From: Schizochytrium sp. TIO01
Taxonomy: Eukaryota > Protista > Bigyra: Labyrinthulomycetes
Direction of reading: 5' to 3'
Length of the DNA stretch: 64,000 bases
Assembly (NCBI GenBank): GCA_004764695.1
Contig: SMSO01000031.1
Span: 224,436-288,435, forward strand
This document shows, piece by piece, positions 30,713-43,418 of this stretch. Position numbers and translations under genes: made by a program. How positions within the stretch are numbered: the stretch's first letter is position 1; each line of letters begins with the position of its first letter. The notes beneath the pieces are model-generated. The model made no database searches and was not told where the DNA came from. It worked only from the letters and a program-made list of their open reading frames with translations.

Positions 30713-33700
30713 ATGGAGGAGGCCTCCGCAGGTCGCTCAGGGCAGCTGCGAAGACGCAGCTCGGCGGCGCTGGCCATGGCGTTTGGGGACAAGAGGGCGG
30801 CTGCCGCTCGCCTGGATGCTAGCGAACCCGATCACGAAATGGCCCTTGACGCAGAGACTGGCACGGCGCTGGAAAACCACCGCAATAGCTCGCGGAGCAG
30901 GGGCTTCGTGGACGCTCTCAAAAGGAGATCCAAAGGAAAGAGCCTCAAGGGATTTGCCTCGGGACTGGCAAACTTAAAAGCAGCAGCGGCAGCATCTGGG
31001 TCCTCGCAAGACCCCAGAGCGCGCAGGAGACATTTGAGCGTACGCTTTGAAGATGACATGGGCGGGGGCCCAAGCGATGATAACAATAATGTGAACCAAC
31101 TTGAGATGGAGAACCGCAGATCAACAGGAATTCCGGTCACGACACTTCTTATGGGGTCTCCGGGAAGAGAAGTAGAACGGGTATCCGGAAGGAGGTCTCG
31201 TGATGATTCTGACGAAGATGGAAATGGCCTCACCTCCGGCAACCTTCAGGGCCATATTGGAATTGATGATGACGAAGATGAGTTCAGTAATATACTAAAT
31301 CGCCAAAAAGATGCGACTCAAAGCGAGGTTGATGATTATCTTCGTGAGATGTTTTCCAATGATGGCAGTAGCAGCTTGTCGTCGGCAGAAGAGGCAGAGG
31401 CTGCCTTCCTGCTGGAACCCTCCGAAGACCCCGAGATCCTTATCGAACAGTTCAGGGTTGCATCCTCGCATAGCGATGCATACTTTTTAGACAAGATCCT
31501 CAACTACGAAGCACAAATGGCTCGCAAGCTCGGTCTCACTACTGCTCAGCCCATAATCCCAAATGAAGACAAGGCAAAAGCTCTGGCGCTGGCCATGCTC
31601 AGCGGCAAACTCGCCGTCTACCGTGTTCTGGTGCAGTGCTCCAGCATTCCTGATGCAGATATATGGCTTGATCACACGCACCCTCACACACGCTGTAAAT
31701 GCGAATCACATCGTGGCTCGCTCCTCGTACGCCTCGTTCGAAGCGGTCATCACACCATGTGTCGTGCGGCACTAAAGTCCGGGCTCAACCCAGATAGCCA
31801 AATTTGCGATGGCAACACACGACGCCTGACATGGTATGATCCTGCCCCTCGAAACTACATGAGGGAACCCACTAAACTCGAAGCCGTCTTCGAGAAATCG
31901 ACCCCACTCACGTCCGCAGCTGCTCTCAATGACGTTCGCATGCTTGACCTCTTACTTGACTTCGGCGCCGACCCAAGCTTGAACAACTACGCCGCATTTG
32001 GTACCGCAGCTCGCTTCGGGCACATTAGCTTTCTGGAACGCATGCTCAATATTTACTCGTCGCGCATTGTCGAAAACTCTGACGCAAATTTTACTGCCTT
32101 GCAAAAGGCTAGCACAGTAGCTCTTAAAGAAGCTAGTGCAGCCGGTCAAGAAGCCACTCTTGACTGGATTCTTCAGAGGCTGCCAGCAAACATTTGATTG
32201 GGAAAATAATGGCCCGTCAAAGTCCTCAAAGCTAAAGTCTGATCGCCGTGGCACTTTTGGCGCTATCCGCCTTCGTCGCGCCACGGCACCTGCAGCACAA
32301 CAACCGAGTGTGCGTAAGTCTTCACTAAAAATATTGCGCCGCCCTCGACGCTCAGAGTCCATGAGCAATCAGGCTACGATTGAGTCGCAACGTCTTCCAC
32401 CATCGGCACAGCAAGTGGCTCAAGTTCTCGATAAAGCGCTCGACCAACTCATTGAAGAGGGCATCGAGCCCGGTGCGAATCTTCGCTTCTCCATTGCTCA
32501 GGGCATCGCCCTCATTACCAAGCTGCAAAAATCTCGCTTTGCAGAGTTTGCTCCCAAACAGCTTCTGCGATTCTATATGCTTGGCACAAGTGACCCCGAA
32601 ATGTTGGCATCGGATGAGAGCATTGTCGCGCTCTTGCTGGACTGTGGCCTTGGGCAGTATCTTCTTGGCAAGGAGACCTTGGTCCGTTCGACAGACTCTG
32701 GTCGTTGGAGCACTACCTCCAAAGAAGGGACTTCCTCACCCTCAGATTCAGACTCAGACGTTAAATCAGGTAAAAAGAAACGGCACTCTAGACGTCGTGC
32801 ATCTCGTTTGCAGAGCTCCTTTGACGAGCCCGATGAGGAGAATATACCGGAAAATGAAGACCGAATGCAGTATGTCGACAAAATGCTTTCTTCCAGAGGG
32901 TCTCAAGATGATACTCAAAAGTCACGAGGTGGCGTGTCCGCTTCCAGTGCAGAGACATCGTCCTCGGAGGATCGTATGGTGAAGCATTCATCTTCTGCAC
33001 AGACGCAGAATTCTGCATCTGGGGAACTCATTAGCCGTCTGCACCTACCTGTGCGTGTCGTAGCTGCTGTTACAGTTCGCCTTTTCTCAGGCATGGTTGG
33101 CAGCTCTACTAAAGATCCGAACTCAGGTGATAGCTCTCCAGATGCTACATTGACGAGATCTTCGAGTCTGTTAGGACCTGTCCGGACAGTCCCACCTGGT
33201 TACCAAGAAACCCACGCTGTTGCCTCCGAAAAGGAGCGACACTCTGCTGTCTTCACCGCTGTGCAACGTGGACATCGTGCCGTCTTGCAGCTGCTTCTTG
33301 ACCTCTGTAGTGACCACATCGTGGAACTTTTACTGACTGAGTCTGCTCGTTATGACCAAGCAGAGATGGCACGAATCCTCCTACAAGAGATTCAAAAGCG
33401 CACTGCGCTGGCCGAAGCAGAGGCTAAATTGAAGCAGAAGCAGCAAACTGAGGAGCCCCGCCGCTCGAGTCGACGTAAGTCCAAGTCTCGCAAGAGTCGC
33501 ACCAAGAACGGTATCCCGAACGCTGTCCTACGGAGTGCTTGGCGCGCTGCGTTGTGTGTTGGACACACTGGTATTGCAGATCTCCTGAATGAATACGGTG
33601 TTTCTCCGAAACGGAGTGACGTTATCGACGTTCTCACGGTTGTCTGCCAATCGACTGACCGTGCTGAACATCAAGCTGTGCCATACCTTTTGGAGAACCG

Positions 33701-34085
33701 ACAAATAAGTGAGCTCGTCTGTCCACAAGATCTTGGTACAATCTTTTATGAAGCGATCAACGAAGATAGTCCTAATTTTATGCCCCTGCGGGACATGTGT
33801 TTATTTTCACATATTTCTTTTTGTGAGGTTCGTCACCTTCGTCGGCTCATGCATCGGTCATGCGGTCTCAGCACAAATGATGCCTGGCGCGTCCTCACTG
33901 ATCTTTGTGTAAAGAATATCCAGCTCTCCCCAGAGGGAGCAGAAGAGCTCCGCAAGAGCATCCCCAAGCTCATCACAGAAGCAGAGAGCTTGCCAGACGT
34001 CCACGTCGGTGTGCTGACTTTCCTCATGCATGTTTCTGATGTATCTCCCGATGCGGAAGACGAAGAGTCGAATCGTTGGCTTTAA
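30713..34085 (+). CDS. Ankyrin-repeat-containing protein (about 1120 aa) split by a +1 frameshift at about 32180-32195
   Basis: ANK motifs TPLTSAAALNDVRMLDLLLDFGADP, AAFGTAARFGH and ALKEASAAGQ in ORF1, and AVFTAVQRGHRAVLQLLL and ALCVGHTGIADLLNEYG in ORF2. The two ORFs overlap in the +1 frame at AAC ATT TGA TTG. Confidence 0.75.
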
Positions 34086-35048
34086 ACTATGTGCTGTGGT
34101 CCTGCATATGTTCCAGCGTCTTCGAACTCTACTTCTTTTGATTTTGTACCGTTCATATGAGAGACTGCTGAGACCCCCCTCTCCCTCATCGTTTGCCTCC
34201 AAAAAGAGAATTCTCCTGTTATGCTTGTACAATCCAAATATGTTAGTACTAGTGACAGCAGAATTTCCTCAGTTTATGGGCTAGAACTAACAAGCGAAAG
34301 TCTGCTGTTGAGCTCTTTTTATCCCGGTAATGAATCCATTTGAGGAGAGCATGTGAACTCATCCGTGTTTGAAAAAAAAAAAAATGCGTATGCAAGAAAC
34401 TTCTTGTTCCTGCTGTTATAATTATTGTTGTATTTCTTCCGGTCTGGAAGAGATTTAATAAGCAGAGGAATGATGCATACACATGTGTTGGTGCTGCCTC
34501 ATCGAACTTTCCAATGATAAATCCGTGTTGAGATTTGGTGTGCTATACAACTGTGAAGTGAATCAGATAGTCTGCAAGGCTTGTCTGTGCTGTTTGCTAT
34601 AGCGAAGGTCCAAGACAAGCATACATGACTGATGTGAACCAAGCCAAGGACAAGAACAAACAACTATATATATCACGCTTTCCCTCTTTTTATGAGAAAA
34701 GACCCACTGTTCTACTGTGCAACAGGACCATTGAATCCTATTGAATTTTTGAGTTTTCCCCTTTTGTTGTCTTTTTTTAAAATCCACAAGTAATAATTTT
34801 CTTTCTGTTGTTGTTAATTCTTCAAATCATTTTTAATCATCAACTTGCTTAGCTCTCTTTTGGGGGTTGACATGGTACATTTACATGATAGCCTTGGATA
34901 TCTTCTTCACATGGCGATAGCATGATAGCAATTGCCAGCTTTTCAAAGCAGGCTTGGGAACTCAAGAGTTAATCTCTGTAAGAGCAGCAATGTATCCTCT
35001 TTGTTTTCGCCTTGTAAACAACATCAAACAATGGGGAAGAAAGCACAC

Positions 35049-35682
35049 CTATGGGGCAGCAGGGTAATACTGTGCAGGGATTAAGTCTGCAAAGTAAATT
35101 TCATAGTGAAGTCGAAGAGCAAATCCCACAATGTTTATGACCAATGACGCAAAGGCGATACGAAAATATTCATGCTGATGTGTTTCATTACACACTACAA
35201 AACCAGTAGTAAGTAGGTAGAATGCAATCACATGAGTGTAGATCAACGCACTGTGCCAGCTTTCTGGCAAAGCCTCACTGCTCCATTCATAATAAATGCC
35301 ACAGAGGTCATAAACAGCCAAAAATAATAATATCAAGCCATATGCAAGAGAAACATCCACCTTGTAGACTGTCTTTTTGAAGAGCACTTGTGGTTCGCGC
35401 ACAGGACGGTCAAACCCTGTCGAACTTAATCTGCTTCTTAACTCGTCTGCAGAGTTCAATGCAGCAACATCTTCCAAGGCGTCACTCGATCTAAAAAATC
35501 TTGACTTGCTGCCGGCGTCACTAGATCTCCAGCCAGTCCGCTTGATGTTTTTCATCAAGTCGTCAAACCCCTAACGCCGACATACGTTTGCTGCCCTTTC
35601 GATCCACAGAGAGATTATCATCCGGCGCAAGTTCCTTCACCTGCGCAGGTGCGATTTGCGCCGATTTTCGCAAATAATTCAT
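35049..35682 (-). CDS. Small membrane protein with three C-terminal TM helices; probably about 210 aa with a +1 frameshift at about 35563-35571 (otherwise 168 aa from ATG 35555)
   Basis: Hydrophobic segments LAYGLILLFLAVYDLCGIY, ALIYTHVIAFYLLTTGFVV and IAFASLVINIVGFAL. An upstream 39-aa ORF from ATG 35682 ends TTA GGG GTT TGA, overlapping GGG TTT GAC GAC in the +1 frame. Confidence 0.65.
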
Positions 35683-36376
35683 CGTCCCGACTACCTTTCA
35701 AAGTTGCTACTTGCAAGGCTGTTTGTGTTTTTGCATTACCTGCCAAGCCTTTCTCTCACAACTTCAGAATTTTAGCAAACCACCGGCCAACCGAAATACT
35801 ACTTGTCGTGAAAACTATCCAAATACACAGCCCTCACCCTGACGCGAACCTTCCCGTTTTGATTCTGAAGTACCTCTCCAAAGGCCGCAATCACATTTCC
35901 CGACCTGTGTACCGTTCTCAAGCAGGCGACCCGTTAGGCCACTTTATGTGAACGGCCGCATCGCTACTCAGGTCTAAGCGGTGGTTATACTTTTTTTGGA
36001 TTGATTCAATTGATGGGCTCCTTCAATCGTTCGCTCTCACTGCGCTCTTCTGCAGATTACAAACGCCTATCCTTGCGGTGGAGTAATTACCTGGGAGAAA
36101 GCTTAGGCACTTCACCCCGCACGTGCGGCGGTGGTGGCTCCCTCCGGTTCAGGAACTGCGGCGCACCAGGAGAACGTCATCACTGGCGTTATCATCGTCA
36201 ACCTTTGGTTTGAAACCGAGCCCAAGCCAATCCAGACCCAGCCTGGGCGCTTCTGAGCTAAAGCTCAGATCGGGATCACGCCGGGTTGACGATTGTTTGG
36301 TACAGTGTGTAGACCTAACGTGTTTTAGCTTGGACTTGAGAAACCTAGCATACTTAGTTGACGGCTTGAAATCATC

Positions 36377-39300
36377 ATGCCGCGCTTTGGCTTTGGAGGC
36401 CCTTCGAGTGGAGTGGCCACACCACCGGCAGGTTCCTTCACAGGCTCAACGTTTTCTATGGACACTCCAGTAGCAGCACCGCGCTCGCCTGAGGGCTTTG
36501 GCACACCATTGTCATCGCAGTCCAACCACTCTTCGCGAGCGGGGTCCCCGATGATGCACCAAAATCAAGGTAGATTTCCTCAAGCCCAGAGCGCTCGCTC
36601 CCACAATTTACAGCATACTCAAATTGTACCTGCGAATGAAGAAGAGGTCAGAAGGTTCCTAACGCAGTGCGACTCGAGAGCTCTTATTTTGGAGACGTCA
36701 AATTCATCAACCCAACTCATTGAGGCAAAATTACCCAAAGAAACTATTTCTGCCGAGCAATTCGATGGAGAAGTTGAGCATACTAGATACATTCGCAGCT
36801 TCCCAGGCTTTCCTATATTGCGTGGGCCTGTATTAAGGTTTTCACCAAACTCTCGCCAAAACTCGCTGCTGGTGGCCACCGCTAATGAGCTTGTGATATG
36901 CCATCTGAGCCCACGCGACATCGCAAATGGAAGTTCAAATATCCAGGCAGGACGTCTCAATGGCACATTGAAAAGAATGAGTGATGAAGGTGAGTGGGAT
37001 CTTCAGGTATCTGGTCATACTGCTTTTGGGTCTTCATCGTTTGCAAAGCTTGACTTGATGGGAACCCTTGTGGATGGTCAACTCACCGGCAAGGTCAAGG
37101 TCGAAGGGGACGAGCTCGAGGGAGAGTTTTGGTGCACACAAAATCAGTACCCAGACGATGATGTTCCCATCATCCCTAAAGCTACCTGGTCAGGTTCTTG
37201 CTCTCTAGAGCGTCACGCCAACCTCGCAAACGACTTCCCCATTTCTTTTAAGGTCGTGTCCCTCGAGGCCAAGGATGAAAACTCATTCGCTATCTGTCTG
37301 GACATTGGATCAGTCGGCGTGGAGCTGATTGATTATACCACACTTGGCACAAGCAACACGCATCTTGTTGATGCACAATGGCACCCTCTTCTTAAAGATA
37401 ATATTGTGACTCTCGACGCTCGAGGCAATGTTCGTGTTTACGACTTGGGGAGTAAGCTGGACTCTGCCATATGGACCGGCAGTGTCCTCCAGAACTCCAT
37501 GCGCAACCAGCAATGTGTTGCTATGTGCTTTGGTAGATCTCCAGGACATCCATTGAACATGCACAAACCATCAACTCAAAGTTCACTACAATTGCAACGC
37601 CAGCTTGCACTCTTCATTCTGCTTGATTCCGGTGCGATCATTTCGTTGGGCCCAGTTGGAAAATACACATCAAAAGTACCTGAAATTAAGGCTCTACATA
37701 AAGTCCTTGCCGCGGAAACAAGTCTCGAAGACAACGCCACAAAAACTTTGAAGGCTTGGGTTGACGCAATTATGCAAAATAAACCCTTTGTTATGAACCC
37801 GATTCCTGTGCTTCAATGCCCGGCTCCGCAGCATAACGACACCCCTGCTGGTGCATCTCACGGGAGCCGTGCATGTGGTCTTTCTTATCTACCTGTTGAG
37901 GGGAGTGCTGCAGCTGTCTTCTTGCGTACTTGGAAGTGTGGTCGTGTAGACACCTTGCTTGGGGGGCTTCCCGTTCTGCTACGTATGCAAGAAGGCAACC
38001 CTGGGCAAGACAATAATGGGGATTCAAACTCATACTCTGTGCCACGGTTGTTGCCCAGGCAAGATTCCAATGTTGTTCGTCCGCAAACATTGGATCAAGG
38101 CCCCAAAAGGAGCCAACGTAGAACTGATAACTTCAAGGCTCGTGACTCTCCACTGCGTGCGTTGGGACAGAAAATGTCAGCAGCATATTCCCAAAGTCGT
38201 GCCGCACAAGGTAGAGGTGATGCTGATAGCGTTGTACAAGCTCTCCGATTTGACGATCTCGAAGAAGATCACGAGAGTGGCAGCAATGCCATCTCAAGCC
38301 CTATGCCATCTCACCGTTTAAGCGTTCAGAACATCCAACGCACGGCTCAAGAGCTCATCACAAACCCGCGTCCACCCACCTTGGTTGGATGCACTCAACT
38401 TGGAAAGGAGACCTCGCTCGTCCTGGAACGAGATCTTATCCGTGTAGATATTGTGGTGGGTAAGGACTCCCGGGGAGGCGGTAATATCTATCTCTTGTGG
38501 CTACCATGGCTGAATGACCTTTGCCAAGGGAAGCCCTTTGACCCGTCTAGAGTTTCAAAGCTCTTGTGTCGCGCTGTCCCAGGTATCATTCTTCCGTGTG
38601 GCCCAGCCAGTGGTACTCTTTTCGTTGAGCCTGGTGTGGGGCATCTCGCCTTAGCTGTGACTTTGGGGCCTAACATCAGTATTCAGAATCATGATATTGG
38701 TAATGAACTTGTCAAGCTCAGCTCTGCGTTTGGTGGTGGGGATGTAATGGAGCTCATCAACAGCAACGATGAGCCTTCCCATGCTGGATTACTTCGGGAC
38801 AGCGGAGATGGCGAGCAAGAAGAGAATGATATGGTAGACTCGGCCCGCGAACTCGATGAGCTGCGGCTGCAACTGAGCCAACAACTTTCACGGCTAACGA
38901 CCATTCCCACGTAAGCTCCAGTCTGTCAAACTCATGAGCCCGGATACGCCACCCGCCCTGAGTCTTGCAATTTGTTCCTGGCTCCATGAACTCTCTGAAA
39001 CCTTGTTGTATGGCCATGCAAAGTCCTCTGCGAGGGGACTCATGGAGTGTATTCGAATTGGTATGAGTCAGGTCGCGTTAGCGCGCAAAGACCAGGTAGA
39101 TAAATTTCAGCATCAGGTAGAACAAGTGAGAAAGATTCAAGAATCTCTGAACAAAACTCGTGATAATCTAGAAAGGCTCTCGAAAGGCCAGATCTCCAGA
39201 TTGCTTGAGCTTCAGGCCCTTCTTGAGGAAAGCTTTGAATGTCTTCAGCAGCAAATCGCATCAATTGCGCCTCAATCTACACCGCACGATCGGCAGATTC

Positions 39301-40208
39301 TCTTGGCTTATACTGACCTCGAGGCCAAAGCTGAAGAGCTGGCCCAGTCAATCGGTGACAAGGACCGTCACAATGGCTCAATATTGCCTAACTTTATGAG
39401 CTTGCTTGCAAAGGAAGAAAGTTTGATGCGAAGGTCTCACCCGGAGGACTGCTTAAAGGAAAACCGAGCGGTTCTTGAGGGCGTGCAAAATCTTCAAGCA
39501 CAAACACAGGATCTAGTTGCCCACATGATGGAGCCCGAAGGAAATCATGAACGTGTTAGCGCGCTGTCCCTCCAAGAGCGTATCTGGAAAGTCCGGCAAC
39601 GCATTCAAGCCATTGCTGGATCTGGAATCTTTGTTGGAGCTCCGGTGATCCTTCTTGGCTTTCAAGCAGAACCTATTCGAAAACTTCAAAATGCGTTGCA
39701 AGATGGAAAAATTACTGAGGTCCGTATGGAGCGCGGTTTACTACAACGCCCTTACCAAGCTGGCATTCGGCGTCTCATTTCCGCTGATGGAGTTGACTTT
39801 CCGTTCGCCTTACCAACAGATCCTCAGAGACCTACGGCAAGCGCAATTCATTTGATTTTGCTGGCAGAAGGTGTTTATGTTGACTTTCAACATGAAAACT
39901 GTGATGAATCTGGCTGGTGTGTGTTACGTGCAAACCCGCAATATTACAATCCTCCTGGTGATCTAGATCAGAATGATGATGATTTGGGCGAAGGTAACCC
40001 CGTTGAGAGCGAAAATCGCAAATCGAGTAACATTGAAGTTACCCTGGTGGATATTCTGGGTCATGATGCTGAAGCAAGTGCCAGGAAGAGGCTTACAGGT
40101 TTGTACGTTTATGAGGACAACGAGAGTCTCAAGAGTGCTTGCAAAGAGCTTGTGAATCTTGCTAAACTTCACACTTCCAAAACAGTCCGAGTTATTGGCC
40201 TCAAATAG
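36377..40208 (+). CDS. NUP88: Nucleoporin Nup88/Nup82-like (beta-propeller plus coiled coil), split by a +1 frameshift at 38898-38912
   Basis: LVDAQWHPLLKDNIVTLDARGNVRVYDL...AMCFG...LFILLDSGAIISLGPV resembles Nup88/Nup82 propeller motifs. The coiled coil continues from ORF1 into ORF2 across ATT CCC ACG TAA G / CCA CGT AAG. Confidence 0.65.
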
Positions 40209-41005
40209 TGTTAACTATGTTTATTTAGCCTTCCCTTCTCAAGTTCAACTCTCGCCCCTTTCGATGTTTTTGAGTTATTCTCTACGCCGGGCCCGGTAAC
40301 TATTAAGTTTGCGGAAACACACATTCAAGGTTTACAAGCCCAAACATGTGCCATATCCTGATAGCAAATTGGCTGCTGGATTATGCCCACATACAAGTGC
40401 CACTCTCTACCTACGGTTTTTATACTTTATACTGCCCATAACAAGATATGATTTCACTTCAAGATGCACACGTAGATTACACAATGATCTCTTTACTCTT
40501 CTTCTTCACCTGTGCCTTGTTGCATTCACTTTTGAAGTGAAAATATACTTTGCCTTCATCTCGACTCGAAGTCGTCAACATCTTGAAAATTCGTTCTTGT
40601 TGCCTTGATCAAAGTAGAAAAGGTACACTTCCACAAAATGTACCCTGCAATTTTGTTATCTCAGGACTTAATAGGATACTTTTCTTCTATTCTTCTTTCA
40701 TTTCTTGGAGTAACTAAGGTAAATGAGGGAAATGTAGGTTAACTGAGATCCGATTAGCTCAGCTAGTGAAGCGAGCGGAGAAAACGCTTATGTTCTTTTA
40801 AACTCGCATATCAATGCTTATGCAAGCAAGCGAGCAAGAGCGTGATCTCTTTGGTTGGTTAAGATATGTACTATACTTTCTCTTTCGCATAGTTGTAGGT
40901 TGAAGTGTAATTTTCTCACGGAGGTATCGCACTCACTGAGGCCATGTTGCTAGCAAGGACTATGGATGATAATAGCCCACCAATGTAGAAGGGGTCAAGA
41001 GCCTA

Positions 41006-41440
41006 TTATTTACTGATAGAATCGAGCATGGCAATAGGCTTAAGCACATTTGCCTTGTTGGTTTCCACAACGTACCCATTCTGTACCATCTCGTCAAGGA
41101 TGAAATGGGCCTTTTCTAGGTTAAACATAATGTCTAGCTCACAGACGTTGCTAAAGTATTTGTCGAGAGTTTCCACAAGGCAGTGAATGAACTCGAGGAT
41201 TCCAAGCTCGTTTTCCTCATCCTGATCGACGCCAACGATAAAGAACAACGAAGCGTATCTTCGGTAAATCACCTTATATCCTCGATTCTCCATGAAGGAG
41301 CACTGATTCTCCGTTCGAGCAAGGCACCTTCGAATAATTTCAGCCTCCAGAGCGCCGCGCTCCTCGATTGTCAGCCACTCGTAGTAGCTGCTCAGCCGCG
41401 TCTGGCCTTGTTTGTTCACCATGAGGACAAACTTGATCAT
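41006..41440 (-). CDS. AP4S1: AP-4 adaptor complex subunit sigma
   Basis: [73 protein letters not shown]. Confidence 0.95.
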   Translation of the reverse strand: MIKFVLMVNKQGQTRLSSYYEWLTIEERGALEAEIIRRCLARTENQCSFMENRGYKVIYRRYASLFFIVGVDQDEENELGILEFIHCLVETLDKYFSNVCELDIMFNLEKAHFILDEMVQNGYVVETNKANVLKPIAMLDSISK

Positions 41441-43386
41441 CTTTGCTGACGCCCAGCCTCTACACCCTCACAAATCAGCCTCGTCGACACAAACACGATC
41501 AAAACAGTCTTTTCTTAAACCTCAAGCAGCACGCCTTACTAAAACACAGCTTTGCGATGCTTTGGTTGCTCGCTCCGACGAAGTTTGGATCAAACCCCAA
41601 GATCAATCCTCACAATCATTCTCATTCATTTATTCATATCACTTTGCCAGGTGGTCTCTTCGCCTGTAATATTCGCACCATGTCCATTACAACCGCCTTA
41701 AATAGCACCTTCTGAAAGGTAACTTAAGGCTTTAATTACACATATAATAAGCCACTTTAAATATACCTCCTTAAACATTATCATCTTATACATATAATAT
41801 TGTAAATAATATTGAGGTATTAAGGAGAATAGGCAAACAAGGTCAAGCAATACACCTTAAAGATAACAATAGTAAGGCGGAAGCTGTAAGTTTTAGGGGA
41901 ACGGATGAGCCAAGAATGCGCAAGTGATGGATTGACTTTGATAAATGTCGCGAGCTTTGTTGTAAAACTTGTGCAGGTCTTTGGAATTAAAAGATACTTC
42001 TCGGAGAACATGCGCACAAACATTGGTTCAAGGTGCGTGTACGACTTGGAATTAGCGTGAAGAGCATATGGAATCAGACGGATAGATTTTGATAAATCGC
42101 CCTTCGAAGATACCTTTGCCGGTTCGAACGATGAGGAAGATTCTGCCAACCATGTGAAAGGTTTTGTATGAACCTCATTCTTGAACCGCTACCAATATGC
42201 ATCGATATAAGGTGATATGAGCCAAATAACAGCGATTCGAGATTAACTTGATCTCACGAGCAACTGAGGCCTCATTATCAACATCAACATAGCCTCTTTT
42301 TGGCCCGTTCTCGAGCTTTTTCCAGCTTTTACTTCGTTATATTCTAGCCATGACAATACTATAATACGTTGAGTGCCTAATGAGGGGTGGGTTATGAGGG
42401 AAACAGAGGCGGTGCACATGCACCAACGAAGGTCCTCGCTTGCGAAACGGAGAGATGCAACCGGAGGTGAAGGAACAGCTGGACGCGACTTGTGTCCTGC
42501 AATCCGTCTACTTCAGGTTGCACCTGGTCATGCAAATGTTAAGAAATTCACTGTTTTGTGCAAACCAAAGCTTGAAACACACACAATTTAGTTTTGTAGT
42601 GTCAGCTGAAATTGATCATTTATTATACATCTATCCTAGTTTCTATTTTAGAATTTGGTTGTAGGATTGAATGTATCCAGACAAAGTCAATAAATGTTGG
42701 CTTTAGTTCCCTAGTTTGCAATTTAGTGCCCTAGCAGCATTACAATCATAGCTTCGAAGTAAGTTTGTTGTCGCGGCAAGCTGTCTTTTATAGTATTGAG
42801 CCAGCTGCAAAGCTTGAAAGTGACTTCTTCTTGCCTATGCATTCAGAATATTTCATGACTACAAAGATTTGTGTTCAACCTCCCAAACAAATGGAAGCTA
42901 TGTATTCTTCAAAGAGCCGCTCCCTAGGCACCCTTCCGGTAGTACGTACCTTGTAGTTTGAACGGTGATTTGGCGTGCGCTTGTTTCGGTTCCCAAGCTG
43001 CTTGATAAACATTTCTCTCAAAGTTCAAACCCTGAGACAATGTCCCGGAGATCAAGTAAGTCAAGAAAGGGGTAAGTACACCCAGCTTCGAACTGAACGC
43101 TGATTGAGTAGCCTCTTAAACCGCATTGTGCTGAAATTCTAACTTTTCTGCAATTCTAATTTTGGCCAATTTACATAACACCTATGTTCTAAGTATTTTT
43201 CTACTAGTTCTGCTCCAAAATGCATGGTGTTCTCAGAAACCTACTTCTGCGTACGTGCTTTTCTATGGTCTATGAAAAGATCTCTTTCTCCGAGTCTCAC
43301 TGGTCAGAGTCTTCTTCTGTAAATAGCCCTTGCACTTGTGTGCGAAGACTCGAATCAAAGTTTATACCGCCTTTCCTCTTTCAAAG

Positions 43387-43418
43387 TACCTACCTACCTA
43401 CCTACCTACCTACCTACC
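43387..43418. repeat. (TACC)n microsatellite
   Basis: Directly visible. Confidence 0.9.

Noticed and set aside
38911-38921. GTAAGCTCCAG as a micro-intron rescuing the Nup88 frame
   Set aside because: Removing 11 nt does not restore the downstream frame (3n+1 is needed), and it is implausibly short.
41820-42300. Possible degenerate coding fragment
   Set aside because: Interrupted by stops, with no identifiable homology.
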